Assembly: GCA_018651725.1 (NCBI GenBank)
Contig: JABIDK010000006.1
Coordinates: 48,482-112,481 of the forward strand
Length of the DNA: 64,000 nucleotides
Direction of reading: 5' to 3'
Source of the DNA: Candidatus Falkowbacteria bacterium
GTDB taxonomy: Bacteria; Patescibacteriota; Patescibacteriia; JAACEG01
Shown: positions 56,528 to 64,000 of the stretch, one piece after another
Layout of the letters: every line of letters starts with the position of its first letter
How positions within the stretch are numbered: the first letter of the stretch is position 1
Translations under genes and position numbers: made by a program
Notes under the pieces: generated by a model
Seen by the model: the letters and a program-made list of their open reading frames with translations, nothing else
What the model was told of the DNA's origin: nothing
Databases searched by the model: none

Positions 56528-57907
56528 ATGAAAACTATATTAAATTTTTTAGAGAAAAATTATTTGCGTATAATTTTAACAGTTTTGATAATGTCTTTAT
56601 TGCTTATTTTTGGAAGTTCTTTAAATAGATCGTTTGATCACGATGAGTTCGAGGCGATTCACACAGCTTGGAAAATTTCAGAAGGTGAAGTAATTTACTC
56701 TGATTTTTTCCAGCACCACCACCCCTTATTTTATTATTTATTAGTACCTTTTATAGAAATATTTGGAGAAAATGTTAATACGATTTTAACGATTAGGTTT
56801 TTTATTTTTTTAGTTTTGCTCGGCATTGTTATCACAACCTATTTGTTGGCAAGAATAATTTTTAAAAATAAAAAATGGTCTTTAATCAGCGCCACTCTAC
56901 TCCCTCTTTTTATTGTTTTCGCAAATAAGGGGATTGAAGTAAGACCGGATATTCCTCAAACTTTTTTCGGACTTCTCTCAGTGCTGTTTCTGTTTTATTA
57001 TTTTGACAATCGAAGAAATAAAAATTTAATATTAAGCTCTGTATTTTTAGGAATTTCTTTTCTTTTTTTACAAAAAACTTTATTTTTAATAGTTCTTTTT
57101 GGTTGTTTTTTTATTTATTTATTATTCAAAAAGAAAATAGCTTATAAGAATTTTTTAATTTATTGGGGGACTTTATTTTTTATTTTAATTTTATTTGCTA
57201 TATTTTTATTTTTTTCCGGAAATATCAAAGAATACTTTTTTTTAAACTGGGCTTTGAACATTAATTTTTTAAACGACTTTTCTTCTTTTAAGTATTTTTT
57301 AGAAATTATCAAACAAAATATTATAATTTTTATTTTTTACATAGTCGGATTATTGTCTTTAGTTAAAAAAAGACAGTTAAGGGGTGTAGGTTTTTTATCT
57401 CTCGGGCTTTTACTGTCTGTATTTTTATTGAAAACCCCGTTTGCTCAAAATTATTTATTAGCTCTACCCTTTATTTGCATAATATCTGTTTTAGGCATAA
57501 AGTTTATTATAAAGGATAAGATAATTATTTTATTAATAATATTAATTTCCTCTTCAATTTCATTTAATATTCTAGCAGTTAATTTACAGAACTCTAATAA
57601 AGATCAATTAAATAAAATAAATCATATTTTATCCATTACCGACAAAGATGATTACATCCACGACGGTGACGCACAGTTTAATTTATTCAGAAAAGATTTA
57701 GATTATTTTTGGTTTGGACTTAAGGAAAATGGTGCTTTGTCAACTTATAATTCCATACGTGGATATGAATATAACACTTACGATTTAATAAAAAAATTCA
57801 AGCCAAAGGTTGTTTCTGATCGCTTTGTGGATGTAAGTAATGAGTATATTTTTAATAATTATATGGAAGATAATAATTTTAATCATATCCTTATAAAAAT
57901 ACCTTAG
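56528..57907 (+). CDS. GT-C-fold membrane glycosyltransferase-like protein (PMT/ArnT-like)
   Basis: ~11 TM. The first extracytoplasmic loop is 'FDHDEFEAIHTAWKISEGEVIYSDFFQHHHP', which resembles the DE...Y...A...G loop of PMT/ArnT enzymes. Confidence 0.45.
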   Translation: MKTILNFLEKNYLRIILTVLIMSLLLIFGSSLNRSFDHDEFEAIHTAWKISEGEVIYSDFFQHHHPLFYYLLVPFIEIFGENVNTILTIRFFIFLVLLGIVITTYLLARIIFKNKKWSLISATLLPLFIVFANKGIEVRPDIPQTFFGLLSVLFLFYYFDNRRNKNLILSSVFLGISFLFLQKTLFLIVLFGCFFIYLLFKKKIAYKNFLIYWGTLFFILILFAIFLFFSGNIKEYFFLNWALNINFLNDFSSFKYFLEIIKQNIIIFIFYIVGLLSLVKKRQLRGVGFLSLGLLLSVFLLKTPFAQNYLLALPFICIISVLGIKFIIKDKIIILLIILISSSISFNILAVNLQNSNKDQLNKINHILSITDKDDYIHDGDAQFNLFRKDLDYFWFGLKENGALSTYNSIRGYEYNTYDLIKKFKPKVVSDRFVDVSNEYIFNNYMEDNNFNHILIKIP

Positions 57908-57908
57908 T

Positions 57909-59432
57909 ATGAGAAAAATATTAAAAATTTTACTATTTTCTTTTTTAATAACCATTTTTATTGTAGCCGGTTTCTTGATTTATTCTGAAAATAAAAAAAT
58001 AGAAGCTGAGAAAATTAATCCGCCAACCGGCGGAGAGAATAGCAATAAAAAAATTAAAGTTATTAGCGAGGAAGAAAAAGCAAACAATATATCACAAAAT
58101 AATAATAAAATTAACAAAGTAGTTTTAATTACTATCGACACTTTGCGGGCCGATCATTTGGGCTATATGGGCTACCCGCGCGACACCTCTCCTTTTTTAG
58201 ATAAGTTAGCAAGAGAAGGGGCTCTTTTAAAGAATGCACATACGGTTATTCCTTCTACAATATCATCTCATTCTTCCATTTTTACATCACTTTATCCGAT
58301 ACAACACAAAACAACCAATCACTATGAAGTTCTTAACGATACCCTCACAACTATGGCGGAATTCTTAAAGGAAAATGGATTTAAAACAGCTGCTTTTGTG
58401 GGAGGAGATTCAATGTATATTAGTAATTTGGATCAAGGTTTTGATATGTATAATTTTTCTGAAACTGGTTTTCGTAGGCGTAGATCGGTCCAAACAACAG
58501 TTGACGAGGCTATAGAATGGTTAAATGAACAACCCAGTGAAGACAAAATTTTTCTTTGGATACATACTTGGGATCTTCATTATCCTTATATAGATATACC
58601 AAATAACATTCAAGAAGAATTTATATTAGAAGGAAAAGATAAAGAAAAACTAGTTAATTTTTGGACAGAAGAACATAACGTGAACTTAAATTTATACAAA
58701 AAAGATAAAGAAGAAAATTTAGTTAAAGTAATGAATGGATACGACGGAGAACTTAAATTTGTAGACAGAGAATTAAATAGATTATTTAATTATTTTGAAG
58801 AAAAGCAAATAAATAATAATTCTCTTTGGATTATAACCGGTGATCATGGTGAAGGTTTGGGTAGTCATGATTTTTATGAACACGCCGAAATGGTGTACGA
58901 AGAAGAGCTTTTAACCCCTGTTATTTTTTATTCTCCTGTTCAAGAAATTGTTGAACCCAAAATAATAAACGATGTTGTAGAAAATATTGATATTTTACCT
59001 ACTATCGCAGATATTATTGGGTTTTCGTTAGAAGAACAAAAAGGAACAATTTTTGGAGTATCGCTTTTGCCGTTATTAACTGGCGTCGATAAATATATAG
59101 ATGGCTATAATTTCGCCTGGACCGGCAATATTTCAGAAACACCTATTGGAAGCGCTATAGAAGAGATTTACGTAGAAAAGATGCCTTGGACAGGAAAAAA
59201 ATGGTCGGTTCAAAATAAAAAATTTAAATATATTTACAATATGGATATAGAAGTGGAAGATGAATTTTATGATTTAGAAAAAGATTCTTTAGAAAAAAAT
59301 AATCTAATAAATCAAAATTCAAAAGAAAAAGATAAATTAAAAAATATTTTATTTAAAAAAATTGAAAAATTAAAATTAGAAAATCAAGACATAAAACGTC
59401 AACCTATTGAAAGATTTCATCTTGATTTTTAA
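57909..59432 (+). CDS. Membrane-anchored sulfatase-fold (AlkP-superfamily) protein, Thr-type
   Basis: 'VVLITIDTLRADHLGYMGYPRDTSPFLD', 'IPSTISSHSSIFTSLYPIQHK' and 'ITGDHGEGLGSHDFYEHAE' are present. Confidence 0.6.
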   Translation: MRKILKILLFSFLITIFIVAGFLIYSENKKIEAEKINPPTGGENSNKKIKVISEEEKANNISQNNNKINKVVLITIDTLRADHLGYMGYPRDTSPFLDKLAREGALLKNAHTVIPSTISSHSSIFTSLYPIQHKTTNHYEVLNDTLTTMAEFLKENGFKTAAFVGGDSMYISNLDQGFDMYNFSETGFRRRRSVQTTVDEAIEWLNEQPSEDKIFLWIHTWDLHYPYIDIPNNIQEEFILEGKDKEKLVNFWTEEHNVNLNLYKKDKEENLVKVMNGYDGELKFVDRELNRLFNYFEEKQINNNSLWIITGDHGEGLGSHDFYEHAEMVYEEELLTPVIFYSPVQEIVEPKIINDVVENIDILPTIADIIGFSLEEQKGTIFGVSLLPLLTGVDKYIDGYNFAWTGNISETPIGSAIEEIYVEKMPWTGKKWSVQNKKFKYIYNMDIEVEDEFYDLEKDSLEKNNLINQNSKEKDKLKNILFKKIEKLKLENQDIKRQPIERFHLDF

Positions 59433-60918
59433 AATAAGTTTATTTATGCAAAGAAATAACAAGTTTTTTATTTTTTTTGTATTTTGTGTTTTGTTAACTA
59501 TTGCTTTTTTAAAGCACATCCCTAATATCCCGGCTGACAAAGTAGATAATAGTGATATTCAAAAAACTAAAAAAATAAATACAAGAGAAAAAATAAAAAT
59601 TGACAGAATTATATTAGTGTCTATAGACACCTTAAGAAAAGACCATTTAAGTTTTACTGGTTACCCTCTTGAAACATCCCCGTTTATAGATGGCTTATCA
59701 GAAAATGGACTTAACTTTAGCAATGCTTTTTCTCATAATTCTGTGACACCTCCGGCCTCTGCCTCTGTGTTTACTTCATTATACCCTTTACAGCACGGGC
59801 TTTTTGATTTTGATACCAAAAAACCTGATAATTCATATTTAATGCTGGCTGAATTCTTAAAGGAAAAAGGATTTAAAACTGCTGCTTTTACCAGTCTGGA
59901 TCATGCTTCTTTGGGTAATAATTTTCAAGGCTTTGACACCTACTCTATTCCGAAAAAAATAAGAGCGGCTGATAAAACTTTTGGACTTGCTTTAAATTGG
60001 CTGGATGAAATTAAGAAAAATGATAAATTTTTTGTATGGACTCATATTGATGATCCGCATGGATTTTTTAAATCAGAAAAAAAATATTATGAAAAAATTT
60101 CAAAGATGATTGATAATAAACCAGGGGAAGATGAATTTTTAAATTATTTATTTAACGAACAAAAAATTGATTTGGATTGTACAGATGGCTTACCCCTTCC
60201 AGCAAAACGTTATCAACATACTAAGGAAGAAATTTTAGATAAAATTATTGATTATGATGCAAAAATAAATTTTGTTGATAATGAATTTGAAAAATTTTAT
60301 AATGAACTTACGAAAAGAGGACTAAATAAAAATATTCTTTGGATTATAACCTCAGAGCATGGCGAAGGATTATGCAGCCATAATCACGCTTATCACGGAA
60401 CTCATATTTATAATGAATTATTAAAAGTGCCGCTTATTTTTTATTTTTCTGATATGGAAATTAATAAAAACATCGATAAAATAGTTGAACACATCGATGT
60501 ACTACCTACAGTCGCTGAATTAGTTGGATTTGATTTGAGTAAGCAAATTAAATCAATACAAGGAACGTCTCTTTTAACTTTTTTGGATGACAAGCCAAGT
60601 TTCCCGGATAAATATGCTTTCTCACAAAGAAGATATTATTCTGAAAATTCTGATTTTAAGGACAAAGGAAAAATGTTTAGTTTACAAAATGAAAAATATA
60701 AATATATTCTAAATGAACATAAGCAAGATGAATTTTATAATCTTATAGATGATCCACATGAATTAAATAATTTAATTAATAAAAATATTTCTCAAAAAGA
60801 TGAATTTAAAAAAGAAATTTTAAAAAGAATAGCAAAATTTACTGATACTAATAATATTATCAATACTAAAGACAAAGAGCTGGAAAAAAAGCTAGAAAAC
60901 TTAGGTTATTTTAAATAA
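59407..60918 (+). CDS. Membrane-anchored sulfatase-fold (AlkP-superfamily) protein, Thr-type
   Basis: 'IILVSIDTLRKDHLSFTGYPLETSPFID', 'VTPPASASVFTSLYPLQHG' and 'ITSEHGEGLCSHNHAYHG' are present. Confidence 0.6.
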   Translation: MKDFILIFKISLFMQRNNKFFIFFVFCVLLTIAFLKHIPNIPADKVDNSDIQKTKKINTREKIKIDRIILVSIDTLRKDHLSFTGYPLETSPFIDGLSENGLNFSNAFSHNSVTPPASASVFTSLYPLQHGLFDFDTKKPDNSYLMLAEFLKEKGFKTAAFTSLDHASLGNNFQGFDTYSIPKKIRAADKTFGLALNWLDEIKKNDKFFVWTHIDDPHGFFKSEKKYYEKISKMIDNKPGEDEFLNYLFNEQKIDLDCTDGLPLPAKRYQHTKEEILDKIIDYDAKINFVDNEFEKFYNELTKRGLNKNILWIITSEHGEGLCSHNHAYHGTHIYNELLKVPLIFYFSDMEINKNIDKIVEHIDVLPTVAELVGFDLSKQIKSIQGTSLLTFLDDKPSFPDKYAFSQRRYYSENSDFKDKGKMFSLQNEKYKYILNEHKQDEFYNLIDDPHELNNLINKNISQKDEFKKEILKRIAKFTDTNNIINTKDKELEKKLENLGYFK

Positions 60919-60922
60919 AAAA

Positions 60923-62461
60923 ATGACAATTAGATCAAGAAACAAAAAAATTAAATATTTTTTATTCATTTTGGGTGTTACTACAGTTTCTTTTTTTATT
61001 TTTTTATTTTATAAAAATCAAAATAATACCATTTTGGTAAATCAAGGTAATATTAACGCTATAATAGAAAGTATTAGTGAAATATCCCCTGATAATAAAA
61101 CCAAAAATATCTCTAATAAAAATATAAAAAGTGATATACCTAATGTTAATAAAATTATCTTAATTACTATAGACACCCTGCGGGCTGATCATTTGGGTTA
61201 TAACGGTTATCCGATTGATACTTCTCCTTTTCTAGACGAACTGGCATCGAAAAGTTTCAATTTTAAAAATACTTTTAGTCAAACTACGCTTACTGTTCCA
61301 TCTAACGCATCTATTTTTACATCCCTGCATCCTCTTCAGCATAAACTCTTCCAGGATCATATGAGGCTAGATGATTCTTTCGTAACTATGGCGGAATTTT
61401 TTAGAGAAAAAGGATTTAAAACAGCGGCTTTTATTGGAAGCCGACATTTTAGTAAGAGTAATATTTTTCAAGGGTTTGACAAAATTGACATGCCGCCAAA
61501 AGAAGAGCGTTTCATGGCTTTGATGACTGACACGGTCAAGCGATTTATAAGACCTTCTAATGAAACTTTAGATAAAGCTTTGAGTTGGATAAAGCAAGAA
61601 GAAGAAAATATTTTTATATGGATCCATCTTTTTGATCTGCACCACGGTTTTATGAAACAAAAATCAGAGAATTTAACTTTAAAAAAGTTTGATCCTTATT
61701 ATTTAAAAAAAGAATATGAGTTTTTATTAAAGGAAGGAGTTATTGATAATAATTGCATATTCAAGGAAGGGAAAAAAATAAAATATAATAACGTCGAAGA
61801 CATACTAGAAACTATTAAAAATTACGATAATCAATTAAAGTTCGTTGACAATAAAATAAAAGATTTTTATGGTGATTTGGAGAAAATTGGCTTTAATAAT
61901 AATTCTCTCTGGGTTATAACATCAGAACACGGCGAGGGTTTATGCTCTCATGGTAGAAAAAGTCACTTTGATCTTTATAATGAAATAATTAGAACGCCTC
62001 TAATTTTTCATTTCCCTGATGATGATTTAAGCGTTGATATTGAGGTCATTGCCAGCCATGTTGATATTTTTCCTACAATGACTCAGCTATTAGGGGTTGA
62101 CTTGAGTGCACGAATTCCAAATATCCAGGGAAATTCTTTATTCGATTTATTAGACAATAATTATACTTTTTCCTATATGCATAGAGATAGTTATCTTAAT
62201 CTAGAGGGTGAAGCAAGTTTGCAAAATAAAAGATTTAAATATATTTTAAACGAAGAATCAGAAGATGAATTTTATAACTTACAAAATGATCCTTTGGAGA
62301 AAAATAATATCATAAAAGAAAAACCAACTGAAGCTGAAAAATTTAGAGATGAAATTATAGAAAAATATAACTTAGCAGATGAAACAACAAAAATAAAAGA
62401 TATATATATAGACGACGAAGAAACATTAAAACAGTTAGAATGGCTTGGCTACATAAAATAA
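60923..62461 (+). CDS. Membrane-anchored sulfatase-fold (AlkP-superfamily) protein, Thr-type
   Basis: 'IILITIDTLRADHLGYNGYPIDTSPFLD', 'LTVPSNASIFTSLHPLQHK' and 'ITSEHGEGLCSHGRKSH' are present. Confidence 0.6.
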   Translation: MTIRSRNKKIKYFLFILGVTTVSFFIFLFYKNQNNTILVNQGNINAIIESISEISPDNKTKNISNKNIKSDIPNVNKIILITIDTLRADHLGYNGYPIDTSPFLDELASKSFNFKNTFSQTTLTVPSNASIFTSLHPLQHKLFQDHMRLDDSFVTMAEFFREKGFKTAAFIGSRHFSKSNIFQGFDKIDMPPKEERFMALMTDTVKRFIRPSNETLDKALSWIKQEEENIFIWIHLFDLHHGFMKQKSENLTLKKFDPYYLKKEYEFLLKEGVIDNNCIFKEGKKIKYNNVEDILETIKNYDNQLKFVDNKIKDFYGDLEKIGFNNNSLWVITSEHGEGLCSHGRKSHFDLYNEIIRTPLIFHFPDDDLSVDIEVIASHVDIFPTMTQLLGVDLSARIPNIQGNSLFDLLDNNYTFSYMHRDSYLNLEGEASLQNKRFKYILNEESEDEFYNLQNDPLEKNNIIKEKPTEAEKFRDEIIEKYNLADETTKIKDIYIDDEETLKQLEWLGYIK

Positions 62462-63813
62462 AAGATCACAAAATTAGTATTTTAATATTTGTGTTATCAT
62501 TTTTTGTGCATCTTATATTTTTAATCGTTTTTTTACATTTTTTCGGACAAGATAAACTTTTAAAAGCAGACAGCCATAATTATCTGTCTTTAGCAAGCAC
62601 TTTATTATCGCAACATCAGTTTTCCGTGAATACAGGTAATTTAATTATGCCGGAGAGCTTTAGAGTGCCTATTTACCCTCTTTTTTTAGCAATTTGCCTG
62701 AGTATTACCAAAAAAATTTGGTTTATTGCACTTATACAGATTTTAATATCGGCGCTAAGTACTGTTTTCGTTTATAAGATATCTCAGTTTTTTTTAAAAG
62801 GTAAATGGGCTGTTGTGCCTAGTCTAATCTTTATTTCTGAACCACGGGTTTTGTATATTTCTATTTTGCTGATGTCGGAAACTTTATTTTTATTATTTAT
62901 TTTAGCTGGGATTTATTATCTTTTAAAATATTTTAAAAATTATAATTATTTAGATCTATTTTTTTCAATCTGTTTTTTAGCGCTTTCTTGTTTAATTAAA
63001 CCTGTTTCTTATTATTTATTTTTTATTATTTTTTTATTGTCTATTTTTTTTATCTTTAAAACAAAAAATAAGAAAAAAATAATAATAACAATATTAATTT
63101 TTGTTTTTAGCTATTCAATGATAATCCTTCCCTGGTTAATACGCAATAAAATATTTTTTAATGAGTTTGAACTATCTAATATAAAAAATTATAATTTATA
63201 TTTTTACAATTCAAGTTTTTTGCATTCAAAATTATATGGGTCTAAAATGGGTTCGGAAAATTTAAATTTTATAGTACAGGATTTGCAGGATAAAGCACGT
63301 GAGCATTATACGGAAAGAAGTTATAGTAAGGATATGTCTTATTTTGTTTATATCAGATCGTTATATGCCAATGATTACTTAAAGAAAGAGTCAACTGAGT
63401 TTATATTAAACAATCCAATCGAATATACGAAAATTCATCTTAAAGGAATGCACGACTTTTTTATTAAAACTCATGATATTAATAGATGGTTTGCAATTAC
63501 TAACAACAAAAGCCTGGCCTACTCTTTGAGTGATGATGAATACTCGAGGTATTTCCCAATAGTTTTACTGGAAAAAATATATTTAATTTTTATATTTTTA
63601 TTATTTTTATCAAGTTTATTTTTTATTCCTAAGAAGAAAAGAATCAATTTTTATATTTTATATGCAACAATATTATATTTTGCTATAGTTTCTTCACCTA
63701 TTTCTTTGGGACGCTTTAAGTACCCAGTAGAAGCTTTTATTTATATTTTAGCTGTTTATTCGCTTCATTCTTTATATAGAATTTATATTAACAAAAAAAA
63801 TGGTTATACATAA
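62440..63813 (+). CDS. Polytopic membrane protein, GT-C-like (possible glycosyltransferase)
   Basis: ~12 TM. The N-terminal loop 'KADSHNYLSLASTLLSQHQFS' resembles GT-C (COG1807-like) enzymes. Confidence 0.4.
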   Translation: MAWLHKIKDHKISILIFVLSFFVHLIFLIVFLHFFGQDKLLKADSHNYLSLASTLLSQHQFSVNTGNLIMPESFRVPIYPLFLAICLSITKKIWFIALIQILISALSTVFVYKISQFFLKGKWAVVPSLIFISEPRVLYISILLMSETLFLLFILAGIYYLLKYFKNYNYLDLFFSICFLALSCLIKPVSYYLFFIIFLLSIFFIFKTKNKKKIIITILIFVFSYSMIILPWLIRNKIFFNEFELSNIKNYNLYFYNSSFLHSKLYGSKMGSENLNFIVQDLQDKAREHYTERSYSKDMSYFVYIRSLYANDYLKKESTEFILNNPIEYTKIHLKGMHDFFIKTHDINRWFAITNNKSLAYSLSDDEYSRYFPIVLLEKIYLIFIFLLFLSSLFFIPKKKRINFYILYATILYFAIVSSPISLGRFKYPVEAFIYILAVYSLHSLYRIYINKKNGYT

Positions 63814-64000
63814 AAAAATAGTTATCTTAGGTGCCGGGCCGACAGGATTGGCGGCTGGGTATGAATTATCTCGAAGTAAAAATCAGGTTGTTATTATTGA
63901 GAGAAATAAAAAAGTTGGGGGATTGAGCCGAACGGAAGAATGTAACGGTAATTTTTTTGATATCGGCGGGCATAGATTTCTTACTAAAGAAAAGCGAGTT
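63801..64000 (+). CDS. FAD/NAD(P)-binding oxidoreductase (amine-oxidase/UDP-galactopyranose-mutase-like), 3' end outside window
   Basis: 'KIVILGAGPTGLAAGYELSR...VVIIERNKKVGGLSRT' is a Rossmann GxGxxG motif. The ORF is open to the window end, so it is absent from the ORF track. Confidence 0.5.

Noticed and set aside
49035-62461. Classical formylglycine-dependent sulfatases
   Set aside because: The C/S-x-P-x-R signature position reads T-x-P-x-(H/N/S/A) in all six domains. There is no Cys/Ser plus Arg pair. They are therefore treated as Thr-nucleophile AlkP-superfamily enzymes, not true sulfatases.

Overview
This is a low-GC, gene-dense bacterial window. Its compact housekeeping genes suggest a reduced-genome lineage, probably Patescibacteria/CPR-like, but that is inference only.

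Housekeeping backbone, in order: the 3' end of secA, lepA, rpmA, a UvrD-type helicase fused to a nuclease domain, a GT4 glycosyltransferase, rsmI, an NYN-domain protein and a short metG. On the minus strand sit ftsQ-like and MurF-like genes, an aminotransferase, a NUDIX hydrolase, serS, a cytidylyltransferase-like gene, lysS, an ACP-like gene, greA, mrdA(PBP2)-mreD-mreC-mreB and a short proS. These are followed by a type IV pilus/T2SS ATPase (PilB-like) and an ABC transporter of the NitT/TauT type.

Accessory content:
- Two copies of a ~110-bp palindromic, MITE-like element sit in intergenic DNA.
- A secreted protein carries a Kazal-type domain and an internal domain duplication.
- Three Cys-rich secreted proteins or lipoproteins are clustered just upstream of a tRNA-fMet gene.
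- That tRNA-fMet gene is followed by a small GIY-YIG (YhbQ/YazA-like) ORF and then a diverged partial direct repeat of the tRNA 3' two-thirds.
- A gene with anomalous GC content lies next to pilB.
- Three tandem paralogs of an unrecognised membrane-anchored family lie downstream of an AlkP-type phosphodiesterase.
- A carbamoyltransferase cluster holds SxtJ-like and DUF5989-like small proteins, a TusA-like protein and a PP-loop N-acetyl-sugar amidotransferase-like gene, preceded by a detached N-terminal fragment of that amidotransferase.
- The last ~15 kb is an array of six sulfatase-fold (AlkP-superfamily) domains in five proteins, each with Thr in place of the formylglycine Cys, interleaved with two GT-C-type membrane glycosyltransferase-like proteins. 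The first protein is a TPR-containing multidomain protein.

I saw no CRISPR array, rRNA, transposase or integrase. All homology calls rest on motifs read by eye from the translations; no searches were run.
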